NCBI RefSeq assembly: GCF_004010195.1
Contig: NC_057720.1
Span: 27,217,902 to 27,237,901, forward strand
Origin: Chiloscyllium plagiosum
Lineage: Eukaryota
Direction of reading: 5' to 3'
Length of the DNA: 20,000 bases
The position numbers and the translations under genes were made by a program. Each line of letters begins with the position of its first letter. Within the stretch, counting starts at the first letter, position 1. A model generated the notes under the pieces. That model had not been told where the DNA came from and ran no database searches. It saw nothing but the letters and a program-made list of their open reading frames with translations. Shown piece by piece: positions 1-8,659 of the stretch.

Positions 1-145
1 GTGATTAAATCACCTTTGCTATCTCTGTAATGTCTGGCCTAAAAAAGCCTCTAACAGATTTCTTCAACTTTCCTCCTTTTCTCCTTTTAAAGGAGCAGTT
101 ATTCCCAGAGAGAGATGCATGTCTCACCATATAAATTTATTTACT

Positions 146-462
146 TTTATTCATTTGTTCAGGGAATGTGGGTGTAGGGCAGTTGAGAGTCAACCACATT
201 GCTTGGGTCTGGAGTCACATGTAGACCAGAACAGGCAAGAATGGCAAATTTCCATGCCTAAAGGACATTAATGAGCCAGATAGGTTGTTAAACTGGTTCT
301 TCAGCGTTTGATGTGCACTTTTACATGGTTGCTATTAGGCTAGCTTTTTTATTTTACATATTTTTATTGAATCTACATTTCACCAATTACCATGGTGAAA
401 TTCAAATCCATGTCCTCAAGGCATCAGCCTAGGGCTTTAGATTATCATGATACCACCACTCT
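146..462 (-). mobile_element. Decayed tRNA-derived SINE with internal deletion; 3' tail shared with the LINE at 17044-17572
   Basis: Minus strand has a B-box-like GGATTTGAATTTC (397-409), a body similar to the decayed + copy at 18120-18410 (e.g. GTCTACAT...CTCCAGACCCA), and a 3' end CCCACATTCCCTGAACAAATGAATAAAAA resembling the LINE tail CCCACATTCCATGAGTGAG. Family recalled from shark repeats. Confidence 0.7.
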
Positions 463-1289
463 CTATTTAATTAATTCCAAGCATCTGAAAATTCCACAGG
501 ATCATAGCTGATCTGACTTATCTAGGTTTGCTGAGAACCACATCCATGCCACATCCAGTTTGGAGCCTGTCAGTATTCTTTCTGAATTGGTTTACACACT
601 TTAATATCCAGATTATGTGAATTTTTACCTTTGAGACAGGCAAAGTATCTGAAGAGTGGCAGTGAAGAATAATGATGCTTTTGATTTTCTCAAGCCTGAA
701 TCTTGTTCCATTTGTATTATGGACAAATTTTGATTATTTAATTCTGAGAAAATTCTTAAATGGCAGCTATATTTGTACAGGACTAAAAGAAGGATGCAGG
801 TCTGAGTCATATGTGTGTTTTTGTAGTTATATTCACCTTCCTTTGACTCCAACACCAAGGCAGGCTTTTCTTTGTTGAAGATGCTAAGCCAGTTCAGCTC
901 TCTGGATGGGCTGCGACAGTGGTTTGCCACTGAGCTATATAAGGTCATCCACTGCCTCCATTTTGTGTGCCAAACTGAACCAGTTGTATGACAGCATAAA
1001 TGCCAGGACTCAGGACTTGACAATGAAACTAATAACCTAAAGATGCCTGGTTCACCTTGAATGTTTTTTAGTACATCTTTGAGATTAATCATTTGAAGGG
1101 GACATATTAACCATGTACTTCAGGCCCAAAAAAACTGTCTGATTTATGTTAATGTCTTGTTTGTGGGGATGTAATCAAGTATTCAGTCTGGTGTATGACA
1201 AGGGAGTTGTATCCAAGATAAGCTGTACTTTAGATTTTGGACTGGTGGTTGAGGGAGTTAAATTCTAGTTAAGCAGGACCTTTCATTTC

Positions 1290-1388
1290 TGAAATGTTCT
1301 CTCACAGTCTCTCCATAACCTGTTGAATATTTCTAGTATTTACTGTTTTTTTTTTAGATTTCCAGCATCTGAAGTATTTTGCTTTCAT
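1290..1388 (+). repeat. Highly decayed PLE pseudo-LTR-type repeat remnant
   Basis: Ends in AGATTTCCAGCATCTGAAGTATTTTGCTTT, similar to CCAGCATCTGCAGTCATTGTTTT in the minus strand of the 249-bp unit and to remnants at 7650, 10530 and 19195. Confidence 0.55.
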
Positions 1389-1848
1389 ACAAGTGTCTAT
1401 GGTGTGGTAATTTTATTTTCAATGTGTAATTAATGACTAATTTCCATAATAAGAAGTAATGGATGATAAAGTCTTCAGTACAGATTATCCACCAGACTTG
1501 GAAGATTTCATGGAATTAAATAAAGTGTAAGAATGTTAAAGAATGAGTTGGGATTGAAATATCATAATTTTATTAAAAGGTTAGTATCATTTAAATGATG
1601 CTCTGTACATTGAGGCTTCTGTGCAGTAAATATAGACTTCTAATATGTGCTAAGTCATCCATCAGTGATAACAATTGAGTGCCCTTAGTTTACAAAGTCA
1701 AATTTGAATATTTGTGCATTTGTATTCCATACTACATCATAGTACTATTTAAAATAATCCTAGCTGCCCTATGGAACTGCAAAGAAATTGCTGTATTTTG
1801 CACTTGTTTTGCCTGGCTCCGTTTTCTCCTTGTCTTCTTTCAAAATAG

Positions 1849-1911
1849 ACTGTTGATAATTGTATAGAAAAGAAACCCCAAGATGGAAACGCAGATGTTC
1901 CTCCTATGAAG
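1849..1911 (+). other. Candidate 63-nt phase 0-0 coding exon (TVDNCIEKKPQDGNADVPPMK), host gene unknown
   Basis: Long pyrimidine tract ending TTTCAAAATAG at 1848. Only the phase-0 frame is open; it ends at AAG|GTTGCT, a weak donor. Peptide not recognised. Confidence 0.3.
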
Positions 1912-2974
1912 GTTGCTTTCCTTACCTGCATTCTATTTGATTTATAAGTTGGAATTAAAAAAAAGAAGAAAGACAAACAAAATCAGTCTGGCATCCCTTT
2001 CACTGAACATTACTGCAATTTGTTTCCAGAGAAACATTTGATGCTAAATTGTTTTTTTGTAATTTCCTCTCATTAGTTACTTTATAATGAGATTTTTGAT
2101 CAACGGTATGTGTCTATTTACACACACATATATTGATTTGAAAAATTATCATTAGATTAAATGGTACCAAATGGAACACACAGTCTGCTGTTGTTCCAAG
2201 ACTTCATTAGGTTTGACCTAAAATAAGACTATAGTCAAAGAAGAGGATTCTAATTTGACAATATTGGAAAGACGTTTTCAGGGAATTTATAGTTGTAATT
2301 ATGGTAGAACTGTCATCATTTGCTGTCAATATTGTCTAAAACTGACAAACGTCTTCTGAAGTCTGCACATGTCCTCTGAAACACTGTTTGACTATTGCTG
2401 TCAGTGATGCCTTGTTCCTCCACAGGGTGTGCTGTTGTAGCCTTCAAAGCTGAAATGTGCTAATAATCAATAAAGTAACATGAAATTCATTTTTTTATGA
2501 ACTGTTCTTTATCTCTGCGCTATTTTGAGGGCATGGATGGGGTGGTGCACCAGGTAGGATTTCCTCTTCCCCTTGGACCAACCCGACCATGCCAGCCTAG
2601 TCTGAGGATAGTACATATACTGAAGCATATTCTTGGAGTGCATTTGTCTAGTGCCAGTTGGAGCATCCTTTTGAGCAAGCAGCAAGTTGAACCCGCCAAG
2701 AAGGCTGTTTGGTTTCCATATTGAGATTTCCTTATGGTTAGTTTGTTTGGTGAGTTTGGTAAAGTTGCAACTCATGGTGAGTTGGGACTGTTAACAAGCA
2801 ATAAAGAATGGCAATTGGGAAATCAGTGCTGACTGGCGAGAATGTTGCCACTGCTTAAGCAAAGGAGGAAGTTGTGGCAAGATGATTTCAACATTGAGAT
2901 TTTGTCGCTTATCATGTCGTAGCCCATGCTGAACAGAGCCTGATAAGATTCCAGCCAGTATCAAGTTGGTGGTT

Positions 2975-3450
2975 TGGGCATGTAGATGGCAGATGAAGTG
3001 TGAACTGATACATTTTTTTAGGAAGAGCATTGAAAGACATAACAACATCGGTTGTACAAGTATTAAAAGTGTGGACGAGCAGAAGGACCTGCGTTTATAT
3101 GTGTACACATATTCGAAGGTCACAGATCACCCACCATAACAGACCAAGACACATAAATAGAAAGTGGGACAGAACACCAGCACTTCAACTGAATGATGTT
3201 ACCTAGCATGGTGGCAAAACGTCCGAGAACAACTTACCAGCTCAGTGAGCAAACATACAACCTGATCCTCAATCTGAGCTATAAATCTTCTCAAAAATCG
3301 TAAACATCTTGGAAGATGGCAGAACAAGTGGACAGCAGTTAATAAAGCATACACTGCCCTTGGCATTATTAATAGGAGAATAGAATGCAAGAGTAGTATG
3401 GACCATACTTTGGACATTTTGATCAGTTTATGTATTAAAAACACTGTTGT
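2975..3450 (+). mobile_element. CR1-clade LINE ORF2 fragment (post-RT region), interrupted by a PLE piece at 3119-3300
   Basis: Degenerate translation gives WACRWQM..., EQKDLRLYVY, then VNKAYTALGIINRRIECKS, matching the CR1 pattern WA..WQM.FN / E.RDLGV.V / V.KA...LGFI.RGIEYKS. Confidence 0.7.
3119..3300 (+). mobile_element. 3'-terminal fragment of a PLE with decayed HHR motif
   Basis: CTGAATGA-TGTTACC-TAGCA-TGGTGGC-AAAAC-GTC at 3189-3223 is a degenerate CUGAUGA/stem II/GAAAC-GUC. Flanked by an imperfect 15-bp duplication (3104-3118 TACACATATTCGAAG; 3301-3315 TAAACATCTTGGAAG; 12/15). Confidence 0.65.
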
Positions 3451-3666
3451 TGGTTAAGTGGATAATGGAATGCAGAATTCAGTTTGTGAGTCAACACGAT
3501 TTAGTGATAAAATATTCCTTAATAAAAACACTGGACATTTCCCCAAATTCCAACAGTATTTACTTTTATCTAGGTCTATCCATCTGGGAAAAGATATTAA
3601 CCACAGTGATTCATGCGTTTGAGCCGTTGGAATCTCTTTGCTCTCCAATGTAGGGCTGCCTTATCC

Positions 3667-3853
3667 ATAGAATAATAGACTCCATACAGTGTGGAAGCAG
3701 GCCATTTGGCCCATCGAGTCCACACCGACTCATCGAAGAACATCTAACCCAGAACTACTTGTATCCTTACATAGCTAACTCATCTATCCTGCACATCCCT
3801 GGACATTATGTGCAACTTAGCTTGGCTAATCCACCTAATCTGAACCATCTTTG
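3667..3853 (-). mobile_element. 3' half of an HE1/V-SINE-type SINE
   Basis: Reverse complement resembles the 3' part of the SINE at 10941 (GGTTCAGATTAGGTGGATTAGCCAAGCTAAGTTGC ... GGCCTGCTTCCACACTGTA). Confidence 0.75.
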
Positions 3854-4039
3854 TACACGAAAGTTGGTTTGCTGCATGGTCTTCGACCATGAATCTTGCT
3901 GCAAGCTTTCATTGAGGGGAGGTGGCTTCTAGGTGTGTGTTTTTATTCCCCTTGCTTTGGACCTTCCTGAATATTGGGTAGTCTTTGTCCAATCGGGTCA
4001 TGAGTGGAGTTCAAAGCATCCAATGGGGTAGTGCAAATC

Positions 4040-4572
4040 TGCCATTTCAGACAATTCCAGCAGAATGCCATTACCAAACACGTTTTCCCTCACTCCCCTG
4101 TCTGTATTTCACAGGGATCATTACCTCCTGGACACCCTAGTCCATTCCTCGAGCACCAATACCACAATCCTTTCAAATGGCACTTTCTCAAGTAACTGCA
4201 GAAGGTGCAACACCTGCCCCTATACGTCCTCCTCGCTCACCATCCAAGGGCCTAACAGCATTTCACCTGTACCTCCTCCAATCTTGTGTATTGTATTTGA
4301 TGCATCCAATATGGCCTACTTGACATTGCAGAAACTAACCGCACACTGGATAACCACTTTGCAAAATACCTCCGAACTGTGCGCAAGCATGACCTCAACC
4401 TCTCCATGGCTGATAATTTTAACACAGTGTCGTGCTCACATGCCCACTTGTCTGTCCTCAGCATTCTGCAATGCTCCAGTGAATCACTGCGCAAACTGGA
4501 GGAGTGACATTTTCAAACTAGGCAGTTTATAGCCTCCTGGGCTCAATATTAAGTTCAACATCTTCAAAATGT
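4040..4572 (+). pseudogene. PLE linker plus GIY-YIG endonuclease domain, frameshifted and with stops
   Basis: Across frames: HFRQFQQNAITKHVFP / FHRDHYLLDTLVHSS...GTFSSNCRRCNTCPYTS...IQGP / FTCTSSNLVYCI*CIQYGLLDIAETNRTLDNHFAKYLR...RKLEE. This is the CxxCxxC knuckle followed by VYCIxC..C.LLYIGET.R.L..RF.EH typical of PLE endonucleases. Confidence 0.85.
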
Positions 4573-4697
4573 GAACCCATCCCTTCCCCTACTTGCAGCT
4601 TTGCTTGCTACATGCTCTGTCACCCTCTCTCCCCTCCTCCCACCCAAGTGGGACTGTCTGTTCTTTCCAGTTTGGCAGTTAGACACACCATTGTTCT

Positions 4698-5269
4698 AGG
4701 TAAAAACAATGACTGCAGATGCTGGCAACCAGATTTTGGATTTGTGGTGCTGGAAGAGCACAGCAGTTCAGGCAGCATCCGAGGAGCAGCAAAATCGACG
4801 TTTTGGGCAAAAGCCCTTCATCAGGAATAAAGGCAGAGAGCCTGCAGTGGGAGAGGGATTCCCTGCGATTCTTGTAGAGAGAGGAGGAAAACTTCTTCAA
4901 GGCAGACATCCTTGCAAGAGGATTCACAGTAGGGTTAAAATCAACTAGGTAAAAACAATACCTGCAAATGCTGGAAGCCAGATTTTGGATTAGTGGTGCT
5001 GGAAGAGCACAGCAGTTCAGGCAGCATCCGAGGAGCAGCAAAATCGACGTTTCGGGCAAAAGCCCTTCAGCAGGAATAAAGGCAGAGAGCCTGCAGTGGG
5101 AGAGGGACTCCCTGAGATTCTTGTAGAGAGAGGAGGAAAACTTCTTCAAGGCAGGCATCCTTGCAAAAGGATTCGCAGTCGGGTTAAAATCAACTAGGTA
5201 AAAACAATGACTGAAGATGCTGGAAACCAGATTTTGGATTAGTGGTGCTGGAAGAGCACAGCAGTTCAG
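4698..5269 (-). mobile_element. Tandem array of 2.3 x 249-bp PLE-derived unit with HHR motif, flanked by 7-bp TSD
   Basis: Units start AGGTAAAAACAAT at 4698, 4947 and 5196. About 14 substitutions and no indels between units 1 and 2 by hand count. TTGTTCT directly flanks both ends (4691-4697, 5270-5276). Minus-strand HHR-like cores at about 4793-4828 and 5042-5077. Confidence 0.9.
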
Positions 5270-5462
5270 TTGTTCTGCTATTCTTACATTCCGATCACAT
5301 AATTGGAACTCTAATCCTTTCTCACCCAGCACTTTAGCGCCCTCCACTATTGCATAAATGCTGCCCTCTGTACATGATTTGGAGACACTGGAGTTGGACT
5401 GGGGTGTATAAAGTTAAAAATCACATAACACCAGGTTATAGTCCAACAAGTTTATTTGGCAG

Positions 5463-5497
5463 CACTAGCTTTCGGAGCGCTGCTCCTTCATCAGGTG
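5463..5497 (-). ncRNA. Minimal type I hammerhead ribozyme motif, apparently intact
   Basis: CAC-CUGAUGA-A-GGAGC-AGC-GCUCC-GAAA-GC-UA-GUG: 3-bp stem I (CAC/GUG), 5-bp stem II, full core, palindromic AGCU in place of stem III, predicted CUA cleavage site. Confidence 0.75.
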
Positions 5498-5822
5498 GTT
5501 GTGGAGAATAAGATTGTAAGACACAGAATTTATAGCAAAAGTTTACAGTGTGATGTCACTGAAATTATATATTGAAAAAGACCTGGATTGTTTGTTAAGT
5601 CTCTCATCTTTTAGAATGACCATGTTGGTTTCAGTTCTTTCATATGTAAATCGCAAAACATTTAAAACATTTACATATGAAAGAACTGAAACCAACATGG
5701 TCATTCTAAAAGATGAGAGATTTAACAAACAATCCAGGTCTTTTTCAACATATAATTTCAGTTACATCACACAATAATCTTTTGATATAAATTCTATGTC
5801 TTCCAATCTTATTCTCCACAAC

Positions 5823-5857
5823 CACCTGATGAAGGAGCAGCACTCTGAAAGCTAGTG
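5823..5857 (+). ncRNA. Minimal type I hammerhead motif with weakened stem II
   Basis: CAC-CUGAUGA-A-GGAGC-AGC-ACUCU-GAAA-GCUA-GUG. Core intact; two CpG-type transitions in stem II relative to the opposite arm. Confidence 0.6.
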
Positions 5858-6324
5858 CTTCCAAATAAACCTGTTGGACTATAACCTGGTGTTGTGTGAT
5901 TTTTTGACTTTGCCCCTTCTACATTTTACCATTCCTGATGCAGAGTCATCTAGACTTGAAACGTTATTTTGCTTTCTCTCCATGGATGCTGCCTGACCCG
6001 CTGTGATCTTCAGCATCTTTTGCTTTCAATCCTTCACTATTGCTATGCCAGAGAGATGTAAAGTGCACATCCTCAGACACTGGCTAGAAGTCAATATGCC
6101 AGAAAGTTTGATTGATATTTCTCCAAAACATTACCTTCAGCCTGGTTGTAACTACTTTCCTCTGAACCTTTATCACCTCTTTGACTTTGGTTTCCATTGT
6201 TTTCTGTAGCTGGTAGTTGCTGGTAGAAGCCATTTAATTTAGTTTGGTCAATTTTCTATTAGGTCTGAATCTGGCTGTGGGTCAATTTAGAATGTTCACT
6301 TTTGAGCCCATTGTCACTTGAATA

Positions 6325-6918
6325 CCATAAGGAACTTCTGGAAGACACTTGTTAGATATCAGCTGGAGTACTGTGCACCCTACTAGTTACCACATTTTAG
6401 AAAAGATCTGGATGCATTGGAGAGAGTGCAGCAGTGATTTACCCGAATGGTTGTAGGATTGAGGAACTGTAGTTATGAGAATACATTGAAGAAGCTGAGA
6501 CTGTTCTCTTTGTAGAGAAGAAGACTAAGAAGTGTCATTTTCATTTTCAAATTGTCATTTTCAAAATTGTAAATGTGCTATTGAATAGATTGGACAAAAT
6601 CACTCCCATTTTTAACAGGAACAAGAAGGCATAAATTTAAGTGATTTACAAAAGGAGCAATTGTGATGTCAGAAAAACGTCTTTACACAGTGAGGTATTA
6701 GGGTATGGTATGCACTAGTTGGAAATGGAGGCAGATTCAATTGAGACATTGAAGAATGAATTGGACAATTATTTGGACAGAAATTATGTAATCTGTAAGG
6801 GCATGGGGAAACAGCAGGAGATTAGTACTGGGAAATAATGCTCATTTCATGAGCTAGTGAGGTCATGGTGGGCCAAATTGCCTCTTTTTTCACCATAGCA
6901 TTTCTGTGATTCTGTGAC
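6325..6918 (+). mobile_element. CR1-clade LINE 3' fragment (ORF2 C-terminus and 3' UTR)
   Basis: KTLVRYQLEYCAPY*LPHFRKDLDALERVQQ*FTRMVVGLRNCSYENTLKKLRLFSL*RRRLR matches the CR1 ORF2 C-terminus; ends with GGGCCAAATTGCCT and (TTCTGTGA)2. Confidence 0.9.
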
Positions 6919-7153
6919 AGAAGAGTTGAAATGACAGCAGAGGCAAAGGGAGTGGCAGGAAAGAGAGAAAGTCTACCTCAATGCAATTTTAGTATGTGAT
7001 TTCCACCTCTAGTTTTATTTCCTCTTCTTTGCACAGTTCAATTTTTCTCTTGTTTTACTTTCAGACATTAGCACATCTGTTGTAAACATGGCTTTTATTT
7101 TTTTTTCTTATCACCATTCTTTATCAGTGTGCATAACACAGCTAATTCTTCTG

Positions 7154-7532
7154 CCATGATGTGGAGGTGCTGGTGTTGGACTGGGGCGGACAAAGTTAAA
7201 AATCACAACTATAACCAAGTTATAGTTGAACAGATTTATTTGGAAGCATAAGCTTTCGGAGCACTGCTCCTTTGTGCTAGTGGGGCAAGATCATAGGACA
7301 CGTGGGATTTACATATTAATCACTCAAAACCTGCATCTTCATTCTAAGTGATTGAAGACTTAACAGCAATCTTGGTTTGTTCAATATTTTGCATCAGTTG
7401 TATGACACTCTGATCTTTTACTATAAATTCTGTGCCCTATGATGCTGTCCAGATGAAGGAGCAGTGCTCTGAAAGCTTGTACTTCTAGATAAACCTGTTG
7501 GGCTATAACCTGGTGTTGTGTGACTTTTAACT
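7154..7532. mobile_element. Older, asymmetric inverted pair of PLE 3'-end fragments related to 5372-5911
   Basis: Starts CATGATGTGGAG...TTGGACTGGGG...AAAGTTAAAAATCAC like 5373-5424 and ends AAACCTGTTGGGCTATAACCTGGTGTTGTGTGACTTTTAACT. Both HHR cores are damaged (CAGATGA at about 7450; CTGATGA lost in the left arm). Confidence 0.85.
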
Positions 7533-7649
7533 AAATTCCTCAGCCATTTAATGTGTTGTGTCTCCCCTGGACTCATCACAATCTTCTGTTGCCTTTTCCT
7601 TTCTGTCATCCTGCCCTCGTGTAAAACCCAGGACATTTTTGAATTTTCA

Positions 7650-7765
7650 CTGATAAACAATCATTGAAACAATGACTGTTTCTCTTTCCGCAAGTGCTGT
7701 CAGACCTGCCAAGTATTTCCAGAACTTTCTGCCTTTATTCCAGACCTTCGGAATCCTTAGTATTC
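7650..7765 (+). repeat. Decayed PLE pseudo-LTR-type remnant
   Basis: CTGATAA...TGAAAC followed by TTTCTCTTTCCGCAAGTGCTGTCAGACCTGCCAAGTATTTCCAG, the same layout as the other pLTR remnants. Confidence 0.5.
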
Positions 7766-7831
7766 AAACTTGTAAGTTACTGCATGCATAGAAAGCACCT
7801 GATCAAGAACTTAACATAGGAACACAGGATG

Positions 7832-8157
7832 TTTATCTTCTCGTCACAGCTTGTTTTCCCACCTGTTTCAAGTGTCATCTGCAAAATTTGCTGTGTTACA
7901 TTCTGTCCCTGCTTGCAGACCATTTATATAGATTGTAAATAGTTGCAGTCCAAGAACTGATCCCTGTGACATTGCACTCATTACAGTTCAGAGAAAGACG
8001 CAGTTATCTCTACCCTCTGCTTTCTGTTAGTTAGCTAATCCTTTATCGAAGTCAGTACTGTACTCCCAACCCCCCTGGGATCTAATCTTCTGGACTAGTC
8101 TTTTATAAAGCATCTTGTCAAATGCCTTCTATAAATTTAGATGTACCACATCCACCT
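7832..8157 (-). mobile_element. CR1-clade LINE reverse transcriptase fragment
   Basis: Minus-strand translation shows VDVVHLNL*KAFDKM, QGSVLGLQLFTIYING and FADDT, which are RT motifs. Confidence 0.85.
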
Positions 8158-8159
8158 AT

Positions 8160-8230
8160 GTTCAAGGCCAGTTAGAGATGAGTAACGAATGCTGCCTTGT
8201 CTGCAATGCCCATGTACCATGAAAGAACAA
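8160..8230 (+). repeat. Isolated LINE/SINE 3' tail of the 17044-17572 family
   Basis: TTCAAGGCCAGTTAGAGATGAGTAACGAATGCTG...CCCATGTACCATGAAAGAAC resembles 17497-17565. Confidence 0.55.
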
Positions 8231-8659
8231 GGAGTTCTCAGATGAACTGAAAACCTACTGTGCTGAAACCAATTAGCAATTGAAATTCAGCCAAGCATTG
8301 ATGACCATAGTTGTCGATCCTGTAGACTGCTTTCTGGAAGGAAACAGCAAAGGTGCGAAGAAAACTATTTGGTTTGAAGGGTCACTGCTGTTTCCCTTTC
8401 TACAGAAAACCTCAAACCTGATGGGTTTTTTTCAGGTTCTTTGGTGGTTTTTATTTTAAGAATAGAAAGTGCTTTCAACATGAAAACACTGTACGATATA
8501 TGGGAGCACAAGAGATTCTTAAAATCAAAATGCCTTTTTAAATCACTGTTGAAACTATGACAGTACAGGCTAACATTACCACAGTATGACAGAACCTTTT
8601 CCACTGGAACAGTGTTGCAGTGCACATGAACAAATGCACAAGGCTGGTTGATGTAACTT

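Larger units (their letters stand above)
5372..5911. mobile_element. Inverted pair of PLE 3'-end fragments forming a ~500-bp palindrome
   Basis: Arms 5410-5651 and 5669-5911 are reverse complements (about 94% by hand count) around a 17-nt spacer. The same sequence occurs singly at 16440-16614. Possible degenerate TSD TGCCCTCTGTACAT (5362-5375) / TGCCCCTTCTACAT (5911-5924). Confidence 0.9.
4016..6028 (+). mobile_element. 5'-truncated Penelope-like retroelement (end of ORF, 3' region and pseudo-LTR) hosting two nested insertions
   Basis: GIY-YIG pseudo-ORF at 4040-4572. The 3' region resumes after each insertion (5270-5371, 5912-6028) and ends with a decayed HHR CTGATGCA-GAGTC-ATCTA-GACTT-GAAACGTTA (5935-5966) and a pLTR-type tail GGATGCTGCCTGACCCGCTGTGATCTTCAGCATC. 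Confidence 0.8.

Noticed and set aside
625..1092. 155-aa minus-strand ORF
   Set aside because: No recognisable domain or exon structure; composition looks like translated non-coding DNA.
2497..2970. GC-elevated segment with short overlapping ORFs, possibly an old retroelement
   Set aside because: No diagnostic motif found in the frames examined.
4698..5269. CRISPR-like array
   Set aside because: Whole 249-bp units repeat with no unique spacers, and the context is eukaryotic.
4679..5347. 222-aa ORF as a cellular gene
   Set aside because: It results from read-through of the 249-bp tandem insertion; treated under findings.
5410..5911. MITE or DNA transposon interpretation of the palindrome
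   Set aside because: The arm sequence occurs singly at 16440-16614, carries a PLE-type hammerhead and has asymmetric ends.
8404..8560. Strong + strand acceptor TTTCCCTTTCTACAG followed by a ~50-codon open frame
   Set aside because: No convincing donor and no recognisable peptide.
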